A stretch of DNA of 64,000 bases, from IMG/VR virus record IMGVR_UViG_3300011547_000001; one strand, given 5' to 3'. How positions within the stretch are numbered: the first letter of the stretch is position 1; the number at the start of each line of letters is the position of its first letter. Of this stretch, positions 32,452-43,048 are shown one piece after another. This DNA comes from an uncultured virus (IMG/VR IMGVR_UViG_3300011547_000001). Taxonomy: Duplodnaviria > Heunggongvirae > Uroviricota > Caudoviricetes. Below the pieces are notes generated by a model. It was not told the DNA's origin, did no database searches, and saw only the letters and a list, made by a program, of their open reading frames with translations. Both the position numbers and the translations under genes were made by a program.

Positions 32452-32472
32452 CTAGTAATATAGGTTTAAAAA
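32452..32472 (-). promoter_or_regulatory. Putative phage early promoter
   Basis: Minus strand TTTTTAAACCTATATTACTAG contains TATATTAC, the phiKZ early-promoter core. Confidence 0.75.
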
Positions 32473-32475
32473 TTT

Positions 32476-33057
32476 ATGAGTACGCCAGCCGTCGTAGAAC
32501 AAGCACCGGTCGCCCCTAAGCCGATGGCGGTGACCATGGAACAAGTCATGGCAGAGGAAACCGCTCCTCCTCTTCCACTCAGGACCGGTCATATCCAAGA
32601 CCAACAAGTCGCCGACATCATGACACTCTTGCAGGGTGCCTTGGTTCGGAAGGAAGAAGACGAAGACCAGGTCAGCCTGGTAGACGTCCTCCAGAAGCAC
32701 CGGGCCCTGTTGGTCAATTACGCCACCCAGCAATACCTGAGCAACCCAAAAAGCGCTTCGTTACTGGAGGGTATTGTCTCCCTTATTGGTCACATGGAGA
32801 AAGCCGTTCGTGATGACCGTAAGGAACGCGCCAAGAAGAAAGACAGTGAGAACAACGTCTTGGCTTTCAACCAAATGGTCGATGCCATGAAGTCCATCTC
32901 CGCCGGTAAGATTGCTTTGCCTGTCTTCGACGTGAAGTCGTTCATCCTGGATCCCACTCAGTCGCTGCTGGCCGCTGCGCCTGACGTAGCCCCGATCAAG
33001 CCAGGCGAACTGGTACAAGGTAACCAAGTTGTAGGGATCGATGGTACCCCGGTCTAA
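32476..33057 (+). CDS. Hypothetical core protein (193 aa)
   Basis: Codon-biased ORF followed by a hairpin at about 33064-33099. Confidence 0.8.
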   Translation: MSTPAVVEQAPVAPKPMAVTMEQVMAEETAPPLPLRTGHIQDQQVADIMTLLQGALVRKEEDEDQVSLVDVLQKHRALLVNYATQQYLSNPKSASLLEGIVSLIGHMEKAVRDDRKERAKKKDSENNVLAFNQMVDAMKSISAGKIALPVFDVKSFILDPTQSLLAAAPDVAPIKPGELVQGNQVVGIDGTPV

Positions 33058-33103
33058 AAAAAAATAAACCACTTACTCCTTTGGGGGTAAGTGGTTTATA
33101 GCG

Positions 33104-34066
33104 TCACGCCGGTGTCGCTCTTTTGAATGTATATCCTTTATGAGTCCTGAGTTTCCCATTTATAACCTTCGACACACTGGATTCATCAAAACCTAAAGCG
33201 AGTAATTTAGGTTTACCCCCTCTTATAACGACTACCTCACCGGTCGACAGGTTAGTGGCTAGTATGTCCGGCTTTACGCCCTTACCGAGCGCCGTGATAG
33301 AATTAAAGATCTCGTCCGAAATACTTCTTGGTAAGTTCAAAATGTCTTGTTGACTAGCAAATGAAAATGAACAATTCAGATGACTCTCCACCACACCAAG
33401 ACAGCATCTACTTACAGCTTCTTTGAAGAAGCCCCGATCCTTCATCTCCTTCGACCCGATTAGTATAAATTCATGCCCCTTAAAGGGCCCTCCAAGGACC
33501 CTACCCTTCACAGGCTTATTTGCGTAATGATTTTCTGCACTAGGGACTAGTCCCGTGGAAGTTGCGTGGGCGACATTTTCTAACCCGGTGCACCATTCAA
33601 GATTGGTCGACTCGCAGTTTTCTTTAATGCCGTTCAGATGATTGACCTGTAGGTTTTTTGGGTGAACGGGGCCTAACTCCTTCAATACGGGTGTAAACGA
33701 ACAAGCAACAGCCCGATGCAGCAAAAGTTTTATTTGTTTACTTCCTTTGATCGAGACGTTGAACCGCACGTAACCTCTAGCATTTAGAGCGGTTGTGATT
33801 ACTAATGGTTCTTTACCACGCAGCGATATTATCCTCCCTCTATTACTAACGTAGTACTTATACGGTTTGATAACCGCGGGCAAAGAATTATCCTTGCGAA
33901 GCTCTTCGCATTTATAATAAACGAGCGGTACGAAAACTTCATAATCTGGATTCGCCTTTACTTTCTCCTCCACCTTACTCTTCATGAGGTGGAGGTTAAA
34001 TGGAAATGGCGTAACGATATAAGAATCTAGTTCTTCTTGATTGAATAAATCTTTAAGGAAATTCAT
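33104..34066 (-). mobile_element. Free-standing HNH homing endonuclease (NUMOD4-like, HNH and NUMOD1-like domains)
   Basis: YYVSNRGRI, LHRAVACSF, VNHLNGIKENCESTNLEWCT...NVAHA and C-terminal THKGYTF. Visibly more AT-rich than the flanks. Confidence 0.9.
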
Positions 34067-34091
34067 AACGACGTCCTATCACTGTGGTACA

Positions 34092-34114
34092 CCAGTGATA
34101 TAGGTTTGTTAAAA
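34092..34114 (-). promoter_or_regulatory. Putative phage early promoter driving the HNH gene
   Basis: Minus strand TTTTAACAAACCTATATCACTGG. Confidence 0.7.
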
Positions 34115-34159
34115 CACAGGACTCATTTGTCGACATCAACGGAAACGCGGTATAAAGGT

Positions 34160-34193
34160 TACTCCGGTAGGGGCCTAGGCCCCTACCGGAGTA
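34160..34193. terminator. 34-bp perfect palindrome/terminator
   Basis: TACTCCGGTAGGGGCCT|AGGCCCCTACCGGAGTA. Confidence 0.85.
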
Positions 34194-34201
34194 TAGCCGG
34201 T

Positions 34202-34942
34202 TCATTTCCCATGGTCATATACATCGTGGTTAATCGGAATCCACCGAGTAACCAATGACAATGAGGCACCCGTCCTGACGATGATCTCGTCAACAGTACC
34301 CGTGATGTACTCACTCTGAGTCACCAGGATGTTCGGCACCAAGAATGCCGTCTCAGGGATAGGGTGAGCGGCGAGCGTGTTGAAGAGGTGCTCGCTACTG
34401 GCACTGGTGAGGATGTCATAAATCAAAACATAGTTGTAACTACCGTATTGCGTCCCCACAGCACCCTTCGGATTAAACCGAGTGAGCTTTACCGTCACGA
34501 ACCCTTTGAGAGCGGTCAAACAATAAGCCACAAGGTCTTTCTCAAGAGCCTCATCAAACTCGTAAGGGAACGTGTTGATGGTGAGGTCGATCCCCGAGAT
34601 GTCGATGGGACGATCCGTGATCTGCTCTTGTTCCAGAATAATCGTTACCAGCTTATCCAGGATCTTCGACGGATAGTAGAACATCCAGTCGCTAATACTG
34701 CGTTTCTCCCACAGTTCGAGATACTTAGCCCGGTTAATACCGAAGTCAGGATACTCGAACGTGTCAAGACTACGTTCCTTGTAGTTCTTAGCGATGTACA
34801 GATCCCACAGGGAATCCCCCTTTTGCTTACGCAGCTCGTACGACAGATTTGCCTCGGCCTGCGTAAGCAAAAGACACAGCAGCCCACGACGTGAATCGTA
34901 GATGCTGTCGACGTCAGTCAGAACTGAAATGCGACGATTCAT
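34202..34942 (-). CDS. Conserved hypothetical protein (phiKZ gp147 position)
   Basis: 246 aa with N-terminal VLTDVDSIYDSR; ATGA coupling. Confidence 0.75.
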   Translation of the reverse strand: MNRRISVLTDVDSIYDSRRGLLCLLLTQAEANLSYELRKQKGDSLWDLYIAKNYKERSLDTFEYPDFGINRAKYLELWEKRSISDWMFYYPSKILDKLVTIILEQEQITDRPIDISGIDLTINTFPYEFDEALEKDLVAYCLTALKGFVTVKLTRFNPKGAVGTQYGSYNYVLIYDILTSASSEHLFNTLAAHPIPETAFLVPNILVTQSEYITGTVDEIIVRTGASLSLVTRWIPINHDVYDHGK

Positions 34943-35382
34943 TTCTGACCCCCCTTAGCTGGCTCCTCAGGCACTACCTGGAGAACCATCATGTCGCCGT
35001 AGGTACGGATCATCAGGAAGCAGGTATAACTGAACTTGCCGTGGCTCGCATGCTTTGACGCCGTCTGACCGCCTGGCGTCTCGACGAGGATCTTGTCGAA
35101 AGCGTTCAGAAAGTCGTTGATAAGCCGCTGACGCTGAGGACCCAGGTCGGTGTAGACTTGCATCTGGATATTCAGCCAACGGTCATACAGCACGCTAGCG
35201 TTTGTCTCGTGGTTACCGATGGAACCCATGAACGCGTCAAACGCAGGACCCATGTTTACCAGCGGCTGGTGAAAGGCGCTGAAAAAGAATCCCTTGATCG
35301 ATGCTCGGGTTTCATCGGTTTCCGCACTCAGATCGCTGAACAGAGCCGTGATGACCTGTTTAACGTGAGTCAAGTCATCCAT
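34939..35382 (-). CDS. Conserved hypothetical protein (phiKZ gp148 position)
   Basis: 147-aa coupled ORF; synteny. Confidence 0.75.
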   Translation of the reverse strand: MDDLTHVKQVITALFSDLSAETDETRASIKGFFFSAFHQPLVNMGPAFDAFMGSIGNHETNASVLYDRWLNIQMQVYTDLGPQRQRLINDFLNAFDKILVETPGGQTASKHASHGKFSYTCFLMIRTYGDMMVLQVVPEEPAKGGQK

Positions 35383-36061
35383 AGCGTTTATCCAGGTTGT
35401 TGTCGATGCCGCGAGCGCGCATCAGGTAGTGAGCGGTACGGAGTACCTTGGGAATGGTCCCGCGGCGCAGTGCGCTGTTGGTGGTGGTTTTACCCGTGGT
35501 GAGCAAGTCGTTCTTGAAAGCCTTGTAAGCTTCCAGGTCGCCACCCTTCACGTTGTACAGTTCGTTCGCCATGATGGTAAGACCCAGGTTCCGCAGAACC
35601 GTGATCTCTGGCATACTGATACCCGTACTACGACTTACCCCCATTACCTGGCCGGTCATGTCGTCGATGTTGGTGTCGTCTTTTGCGGCGGAGAACTTCT
35701 TCACCAGCATCTGACGTTGTTTACGGAACTCAGCCATGCCGACGATCGCTTTATACGACGTCAGGCCCTTGGCGCCGGTATCGGCGTCATAGATGACCAA
35801 CTGCTGTTCTACGTTCACCCCGTACTTCTTGGAGAGACGCAGCAGGTTCTCGTAGTTGATCATTTCGTTGGGGTCGTAGTTACTCGCCCAGATCGCCAGA
35901 GAACCTTGCTTTTCGACCTTGTCGACGAACTCATCGAACTGAGCGTCGTTCATGGCCTCGAACAGGCTTGAATAGATCAGTCGGTTACCACCACCTTTGG
36001 TAACCTCCCCCATGTAGTCGAGTACGTAGGTCTCGGCCGCCTTGCGGTTACTTTTGGCCAT
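35375..36061 (-). CDS. Virion RNA polymerase beta subunit, C-terminal part (phiKZ gp149-like)
   Basis: RKQRQMLVKKFS, DDMTGQV, ISMPE and NVKGGD resemble the beta C-terminal clamp/switch region; adjacent to the UvsX locus. Confidence 0.8.
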   Translation of the reverse strand: MAKSNRKAAETYVLDYMGEVTKGGGNRLIYSSLFEAMNDAQFDEFVDKVEKQGSLAIWASNYDPNEMINYENLLRLSKKYGVNVEQQLVIYDADTGAKGLTSYKAIVGMAEFRKQRQMLVKKFSAAKDDTNIDDMTGQVMGVSRSTGISMPEITVLRNLGLTIMANELYNVKGGDLEAYKAFKNDLLTTGKTTTNSALRRGTIPKVLRTAHYLMRARGIDNNLDKRYG

Positions 36062-36446
36062 CGACCGGTCTCCGTTCGTACTTGTAATGGGTCATGGTCT
36101 TACCAGTCTCGGTAGCCACTTCCCGTACGGTGGTCATGTAGGGGTCATCGGGGGTATTGCTGACCGCCACCATTTCTTCGAACAGCAACGCCGTGTTTTC
36201 CAGCGTCTGACCGAAGGCCGTCTTGTTCTTGTCGTCGATCTCGATCACGGAGAAATCGGAATCGATGTTGCTGACCCCGTACTTACCGGAAATGGTAAAG
36301 AACGAGATTGCCGTCTGGAGACGAGCTGCGCGCTCGGCCAATGCCTTCTTCAGACGGGCCAGGTAGTCGGTGGGGTCTTTACACAGGTTTCTGAAATTGC
36401 CATCAGCAACAACCAACACGGCGCTACTGGAGCTTTGGATTTCCAT
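36048..36446 (-). CDS. Hypothetical protein (132 aa)
   Basis: GAGGAAGGA SD; overlaps the next gene. Confidence 0.75.
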   Translation of the reverse strand: MEIQSSSSAVLVVADGNFRNLCKDPTDYLARLKKALAERAARLQTAISFFTISGKYGVSNIDSDFSVIEIDDKNKTAFGQTLENTALLFEEMVAVSNTPDDPYMTTVREVATETGKTMTHYKYERRPVDGQK

Positions 36447-36511
36447 GTCGTCCTTCCTCTAATGGGTAGTGCGGGGGTTTCTCCAAACTCAAACCCCCTT
36501 ATAAATTGGTT

Positions 36512-37936
36512 TTATTTCACCCAGTAGGCTTCACGCTCGCCAAGAGCAACCTTGAGGAGTTCCATAGTGGTGACGGTTTTCTTCTTGATATCCGGGTTGA
36601 TGAACCAGTAGTCCACGGTGTTTTCCAGGATATCGTCCCAGCTCAAGCCAAGGTCTTTGATCTTGGTGTAAAGCTCTTGCGGGGTAATGCGGTATTTCGG
36701 ATCCAGCCCCAGCCAGAAGTATTGCATGAACCACATCTGGAAGCAGATGGTGATGGCACGTTCCAGCTTTGCGTCATCATGCAGCTTCTTGCGAATGGTG
36801 GTGCGTCCCACCTTGCACTCGGGGTACAGCACACATACATGGCTGTTACCGCCTTCCAGGCCGAACTGGTTCGAGGTCTTGATCGAGTGGTACATCGACA
36901 GACCAACCTGGATGCCTAGGCTCTGGGAACCAATAAAGAAAAGGTTACCACCAGAAGAGCCACTCTTGTTACGGTAAGGAACAATGGAATAGTAAATGAG
37001 GTCAGGGTTTTCACGGGCGTCTGCGTCTACGACTACGTCACTGCCAAAGGGATTGGGGTACATCCACTCTTGCCCTTGCTTGAGCGCACTACCCCGGATA
37101 ATTTCGAAACCGATTTGCGGAAGACGCATCAAGGACTTAGGTGCCTTGAGTTTCTTCCCTTGACGAATGAAGACCGACTCTTTCTCGAGCGGTTTACCCG
37201 TCATGTTGATAACGTCGACCACTTGCGCAGTCCAGAACTGGTACATCCCCGCCACACCGCCAAGGTTGTTGGAGTCCTCGTACACGATACGGCGCATGTT
37301 GCCAATCTTCATGTCACGGGTGTTCTGCGTACCGCCGGCGTCCACGTCTTCGTCCTGGAAGTGCTCGGAGACCTTGTTGAACTGGAGTTCAGAGATGGAG
37401 TCAACCACCAGCACGCCAGGGTTCAGGATCTTGAGAGGCTTACCTTCGTTGTCAGGGTACGGAGTGATGATGTAGACGTCTTCTTTGTTCTTGACCGCCA
37501 ACTTGACTTTATCGGCATAGTCTTTAACGAAGTTGTGGATCGACGTCCCGTCCATTTCAGCGTTACTGCTGAAGTAGAAGAAACGCTTGTTGAAGATCTC
37601 GCGATAGAAGTAACCTTCTTCGCCGACCATACGGTCTACGCGTTCTGCCAGACGTTTCACCATGAAGGTGGCTTCCACGTCCTTCATGAACACAACGGAC
37701 GTACAGATACGTACCAGAATGGCCGCCATGTTCTCTACGAGCCACCCGGTTTTCTGCGTGTTGTTACCACCCACGATCGCGTTGTTTCGACCAGCACCGC
37801 CGTTCAGATAGGTGATGCCGTCAGGTCCCACCAAATATTCGCCCGTCACCATGTCGGTAATTGGGTTGGTGTTGATAGATGGGATAACGATATCAGCCGA
37901 CTTCATGTCCTTAAGAAACTCATACGGTAATGCCAT
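36512..37936 (-). CDS. uvsX: UvsX/RecA-like recombinase (phiKZ gp152-like)
   Basis: Divergent Walker A (GGNNTQKT), Walker B LVVDSISE and RNKSGSSG; synteny. Confidence 0.82.
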   Translation of the reverse strand: MALPYEFLKDMKSADIVIPSINTNPITDMVTGEYLVGPDGITYLNGGAGRNNAIVGGNNTQKTGWLVENMAAILVRICTSVVFMKDVEATFMVKRLAERVDRMVGEEGYFYREIFNKRFFYFSSNAEMDGTSIHNFVKDYADKVKLAVKNKEDVYIITPYPDNEGKPLKILNPGVLVVDSISELQFNKVSEHFQDEDVDAGGTQNTRDMKIGNMRRIVYEDSNNLGGVAGMYQFWTAQVVDVINMTGKPLEKESVFIRQGKKLKAPKSLMRLPQIGFEIIRGSALKQGQEWMYPNPFGSDVVVDADARENPDLIYYSIVPYRNKSGSSGGNLFFIGSQSLGIQVGLSMYHSIKTSNQFGLEGGNSHVCVLYPECKVGRTTIRKKLHDDAKLERAITICFQMWFMQYFWLGLDPKYRITPQELYTKIKDLGLSWDDILENTVDYWFINPDIKKKTVTTMELLKVALGEREAYWVK

Positions 37937-37952
37937 GACAATGGGTCTTCCT

Positions 37953-37961
37953 GATTTTATG
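37953..37961 (+). promoter_or_regulatory. Putative late promoter (GATTTTATG)
   Basis: Intergenic, 85 nt upstream of the probable structural gene at 38046. Confidence 0.5.
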
Positions 37962-38045
37962 AACTTTAATCACTAAGGGCTTATTATTGCAAGAGGCAAT
38001 CCAAAATCAGCCCTCCCCTAAACTATACCAATACCGAGGTCAGTA

Positions 38046-38849
38046 ATGGAAAATTTCATCCAGCTTGTGAAGTACCCTGAACCGATGAGCGTACAGGGCT
38101 TCGAAGCTCTGAGCATCGGCGATAGCTTCAATCTCTTCTTCAAAGAGTTCAGCACGTCTGTCGACAAAAAGATGGCTGCTCTGAGCAAGAGTGTCCACCA
38201 AGTCAACATCGACCACGCCAAGAAGCACATCAAATCGGCCGGTGTCATGTACGTCAAAAACACCGGTCAAGAGATCCTGACCCCGGAAGGTTTTGCGCCC
38301 GGAATGGGCAGCATGATGGCCCATACCAAATCCGTAATTGCAGGCGTATACCTCATCGCCAGCCTGCGTACTGAATCGGCAAGACTATATGATTGGATGA
38401 AACAAATCCTCACTCAGGGACGCGTTGACCAGTCGTTTGGTTGGACCATTTCCGACTTCGGCCGGGCTGTCGATCGTACCGAAAACTTCATCAAAAACCT
38501 CCCTGATCGGGGTCGTTCCGTTCGTTACACGCTGGGTCAGGTGTACATGAGCTTTGAAGAGTTCTACGACGTCGTGAACGAGTTCAACCACACCGTCAGT
38601 ACTCTGGGTGGTCGTGACGTCGAAATGATCGCACGCGATCTCTCCAACGTTTACAGTCTCAGCCAACTGCTGGTGAAGAAGGTCAAGTCGAGCGAATTCA
38701 CCCTGCCGCTGGAAGGCATCAATGACATCGAAGCAGTGGTCAACAAGTTCATCAACCTGACCAACATCTGTGGGGCGGTCATGGTGCTCCTGAACGAGCT
38801 TACGGCGGTGTTTACCGCTCAGGCTGACGCCATCTGCAAGATGAAGTAA
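38046..38849 (+). CDS. Probable virion structural protein (phiKZ gp153 position)
   Basis: 267 aa, divergent from uvsX, GAGG SD; synteny. Confidence 0.72.
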   Translation: MENFIQLVKYPEPMSVQGFEALSIGDSFNLFFKEFSTSVDKKMAALSKSVHQVNIDHAKKHIKSAGVMYVKNTGQEILTPEGFAPGMGSMMAHTKSVIAGVYLIASLRTESARLYDWMKQILTQGRVDQSFGWTISDFGRAVDRTENFIKNLPDRGRSVRYTLGQVYMSFEEFYDVVNEFNHTVSTLGGRDVEMIARDLSNVYSLSQLLVKKVKSSEFTLPLEGINDIEAVVNKFINLTNICGAVMVLLNELTAVFTAQADAICKMK

Positions 38850-38863
38850 GAAGCAGCCATAAC

Positions 38864-38898
38864 TACCCCTAGGGAGCCCAGGAGGCTCCCTAGGGGTA
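38864..38898. terminator. Bidirectional terminator hairpin
   Basis: TACCCCTAGGGAGCC-CAGGA-GGCTCCCTAGGGGTA between convergent genes. Confidence 0.85.
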
Positions 38899-38907
38899 AT
38901 CACTTAT

Positions 38908-40412
38908 TCACGCCTTACGACCGAGATCGTCCAAGCTCAATACTTTCAAGCCAGCAGCCGCACTGACCAGAATGTAAATGAACTCTTCCGTCTCTACCAG
39001 CGTGCCGTAACGGATACCGGTGTCGTTACTGGTGTCTGTCANNNNNNNNNNTTTGGATCAGACACCGAGTTAAAGGAGTTACGATCAGGAATATCCAGAC
39101 CCACCGACAACATGATCTCCACCGGCTTCACGGCTTTGGGATGCCCGACCTTAACCTTGAAGACACTCTTGAGCTGAGTGAAGTCAGGTTTCAGTTTAAG
39201 CTTCGTAACGCCCTTGCCATTAACCTCTTTGGTGTAGATCTCGTCGGTAATGTCGTAGAACGACATGTTCCCGAACTTGTTGTGCTCATCACGGTTCTTG
39301 AACGCATTATAGGTGATATCCATGTCATTCAAGAAGTCGCGAATCCGATATGACATGAGAACTGGGCTGATCAGCTCAATGAGAACTGGTCGGCCGTTCT
39401 TCTTCACGATGGGGGATACCATCGAGGTCTGATCGGGAATAGCGGGAATCGAGTTCAGCAACCGCGTGACGTCTTTTGTAACGATGTTGTTCAGATCACC
39501 TGCCGACAAGTACCCGTTAGGGTTTTGAATCTTGCTGGCCGTCAGGTCGAAGAGTTTATCCAGAACAGCGATAGGCTTCTTCGTGAACAACTTCGAATAC
39601 GTCACGTCAGGTGTGATTTTGCCGTAGTAGCTTTTGTCAGGTTCTACCTTGCCAAAACCGTACACCCTGAATCCATCGATCTTGTCGTAGAACTGCTCTC
39701 GATTGTTCGACTGGAAATACCAACGAGAAGCCGTTACCAGTTTGTTGAAGTCTGACTCTGGCTCTTCGTAGATCTTCCGAGGAGTCGTCTCGAAGACAAT
39801 CTCCTTGCTGAAACCAAACACTGAACTGGCTTCAGCCAAGTCACACTGTCGATTTGCATCACGATTACCCAGACCACCTTCAGCCGCACCAGCAAGATCG
39901 AGGATAACTTTCTTATCCATCTTCTCCATGGTGTCGAGGTGATCAATGCACTCGATGATCAATTCCAGCTCAGCCGCACTGGGAATCGCCGTACCGAACT
40001 TGAAGTCATCCTTTTCCAGTTGCTTTGGCTTTACCCGCAGCAGCGTGTCCAGCTCCCTGTGAGGCGCTACAACGCACAAGTTCTTGTAAGGCGACCCATG
40101 TACTATGAACTCGCGTAAAACACGCTCAAAACCCGCCAGAATGGCTTCCAGGTGGCTTCCTACATTAGGTACCGTCATTGTGACGATATCCTCTACCTGC
40201 ACCACCGTGTTTGCCTTCTGGCGGTTACCCGTGTAGTAACCGTTAGACGTCGGCACATCCTTGGCCAACGTCTTCTTACCTTCTTTGGTGAGGTCGTAGG
40301 TATACCCATGACCTCCCAAATAATGCAGTCGCTCCTTCTTTGGACCAGGGAGATCCAAGAACTTCGCAATCAGGTAAACTACCATGTTCACCTTGCAGAT
40401 GATTTCTTCCAT
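38908..40412 (-). CDS. RNase H-like protein (phiKZ gp155 position) with an apparently degenerate active site
   Basis: GGHGYTY and GLGNRDAN motifs plus synteny. The frame continues past the N-gap at 39042-39051 (..GIRYGTLVET..LGRKA*) to TGA at 38908. Confidence 0.7.
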
Positions 40413-40472
40413 CGTCGTAACCCTTAAGAGGTGTGAGCCCACGGTATAATTCCGTTGGGGTTAAATAACACT

Positions 40473-40931
40473 TTAGGGCTTTTTGGGCGTTTGGGTGAGG
40501 TTGATCAACGCCTCGTTGTTCTTACGCAACAGGTCGTTTACTTCCAAGGTTTTGATCAAATGCAGCCTCAGCCAGTGGTTGTCAGACGATAGTTTAGCGT
40601 TCACTTTTAGCAACAGAACGTTTTCCTCCTTCACTTCATTGTTTTGAGCCGTAAGAGCTTCGTTGATGCGGAGGAAGTTATTGATGGGACCTCCCCCTTC
40701 CGTGTCGAACAGCAACTTGACACGGGCCACCGCTTGCTCCATATCTTGCAGTTCTATGTTCTTATTCAGGTTGGAAACTCCAAGTGCAACACAAACGCAA
40801 CCTAGAATACAAACGAGGAAAATACAAGACGCAAGTGCCGACGTTAACTGGGCTTCTACAGTCTCCCCTTTTACCATAGCCAGGACAAATTCTATGAATC
40901 TGTCGGCCAGCTCTTTTATGAGCTTATACAT
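40473..40931 (-). CDS. Single-TM membrane protein with C-terminal coiled coil
   Basis: Hydrophobic ALASCIFLVCILGCVCVALGV followed by a heptad-rich C-terminus. Confidence 0.75.
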   Translation of the reverse strand: MYKLIKELADRFIEFVLAMVKGETVEAQLTSALASCIFLVCILGCVCVALGVSNLNKNIELQDMEQAVARVKLLFDTEGGGPINNFLRINEALTAQNNEVKEENVLLLKVNAKLSSDNHWLRLHLIKTLEVNDLLRKNNEALINLTQTPKKP

Positions 40932-40961
40932 GGGAACTTCCTTACTTCAGAGGTGAAGGTG

Positions 40962-42351
40962 ATGAGTGTCGTTTATCTGTCTTTTGGCAGTGTAGCAAAG
41001 CTCCATAACAACAGTCTACTGACTGTCTCTCCAATTGGCGAATTGACGAACAAAGCACGTACCTACGCCAAAGACCCAGGTGTGTTTTCGCTCATCACTG
41101 ACAGCGAAACCATTCTCTACAATTTCCTCAGCCAGCGTGATGGTGTGGACATCCTCTTGCCCCAAGCGCAAGCGGAAGTACAGATCAATATCGCCAACTG
41201 GCTTTATGCGCGGGCAAAGACCGGTCATATCACTGGCAGCCGTCCCGCGACACTGGCGTTGCTGAAAGCCGAGTTCACCAACGGTGTTGAAATTACCGAC
41301 ATCGGTGAAATGGTTACCAACAACGCCATCTGGCTTCCGAGTTTCGTGCAAGGCAAGATGACCGTTGGGAGCGAGTCCCACGAGTTCATCATGTGGATGG
41401 CGGATGCCTACTTCCGCGATCAGTACCCGGTGGTTTCTTTTACTGCGGTTCATCCGCTGCCGTTGGCAGAAATGGACACGGTGTTCGACCTCAACTACCG
41501 GGAACTCGATGCTCGCCTGGCCAAAGAAACGCCAGACATCATCGAGCAGCGTACGAAGGCCCTGACCCAGAACGCCGCCTGGCCTTACACCGAGCGTAAG
41601 GTGGTTTCGTTCCAGATCATGGACCTGATCAACGTTCCGAGTTACAGCGTTGGTTATTGGGCCTATCTGGAATGGGGTAACGGCGAAGATGCTGAGGATC
41701 AACTCTTCACCCAGCTCCAGAACGAGATCCTGGCCAACACAGTACATACCCGCGAAGAGTGGGACGAGAAGATCCCTGACCTGTTCAATCCGATCGAGTT
41801 CTACGTCATCCCGTCTTTCAACCGCACCGGCCTTGTTCAAAAGACCAACGGCGCCAAGCAGTTCTCCCCCATCTTCGACCTTGAAACGGGTCGTGAGTTG
41901 GTGGACTTCTACCTGACCCCGAATATGACCGAGGACCACGTCATAAAATCCATGCAGGTGGTTCCACACCTGTACAAGTCGTTCAGCTGCGCTTTCGTCG
42001 GCAAACTGAACAACCGCGAAGGCATGANNNNNNNNNNNNNNNNNNNNNNNNNNNNNNNNNNNNNNNNNNNNNNNNNNGAAGAAAGTCACGGCGTTGTATC
42101 CTGACTATTCTCTTATTTCGCCGCTGGATTCTGACGCGGGTGAGATGAACCCTGAAACCACCGAGTTCATTCGTCAAATGGAGAACCTGTTGGCAGCCGC
42201 TGAAGTGGTTACGCCTATCAGCCTTCCCCCATCTGGCATCACCCGCATTACCCGCTTCGGCAAGGTCTACGTCGCCAAGCGCGTGGGTAAAGCGAAGTTC
42301 ATCGTGATGACTCGCTGGCAAATGGTGGAAGACGGCTTGGTGGAGGCTTGA
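40962..42351 (+). CDS. Probable virion structural protein (phiKZ gp157 position), split by an N-gap
   Basis: ORFs 40953-42104 and 42094-42351 join across the gap at 42028-42077. Confidence 0.72.
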
Positions 42352-42354
42352 TAG

Positions 42355-42993
42355 ATGGCCGATCAACAGAACCTACCTACCTATAAGGCGGAGGGGCGTT
42401 TCGAAGCGCTCTTCCCCTTCGACCAGGTTGTAAAACCTGAGATCTACTACACCGTACACGCCATCGAAAGTATCACCAAGATGGAAGTCGAAAAGGAAAA
42501 CCTCTACGAGCTGATGTTTGCTCCGATCGGGGTTACCCAAGAAGACTACCCAACCATCATGGAACGGGCCAAGTCTAACGACGCAGCAGTGGTTACATTG
42601 CTGGATCGTAACAACTCGCCTGTGTATGTGTTCAGCACGTACTTCAAGTCGTTCCCTCAGGTAGATGGTGTTACCTACGAGATCATGTGTCTCGTGGCCA
42701 ACCTGGGCCCTCAAATGCCCAACAATGCCGATTTGATTGAACAGACCCGTCAGCACATGACACAGTACATCCTCGACACACTGGGGATTGCTGCGACGGT
42801 AACGTTGGGTACTGTTCCGACGATTGGCTATGTAAGCGCAGAACAAGCTGAGGCGTTCGAGAACAGCCGTAAAGAGCTGATCACGAATACCACCAACGAC
42901 ATCTCCAGGATTCGTGAGCTGGAGGCCCAGGTACTGCGGTTGCAGAACTACGTCTTAAAGCTGGAAGCGGCAGTCCCTACCCCCGATCCTTAA
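42355..42993 (+). CDS. Conserved hypothetical/virion protein (212 aa)
   Basis: GGAGG SD, C-terminal coiled coil, followed by a hairpin at 43007-43037. Confidence 0.8.
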   Translation: MADQQNLPTYKAEGRFEALFPFDQVVKPEIYYTVHAIESITKMEVEKENLYELMFAPIGVTQEDYPTIMERAKSNDAAVVTLLDRNNSPVYVFSTYFKSFPQVDGVTYEIMCLVANLGPQMPNNADLIEQTRQHMTQYILDTLGIAATVTLGTVPTIGYVSAEQAEAFENSRKELITNTTNDISRIRELEAQVLRLQNYVLKLEAAVPTPDP

Positions 42994-43048
42994 AAGGCAG
43001 CTATACCCCTACCCAGCCCCTTACAGGCTGGGTAGGGACTATGGCCGG

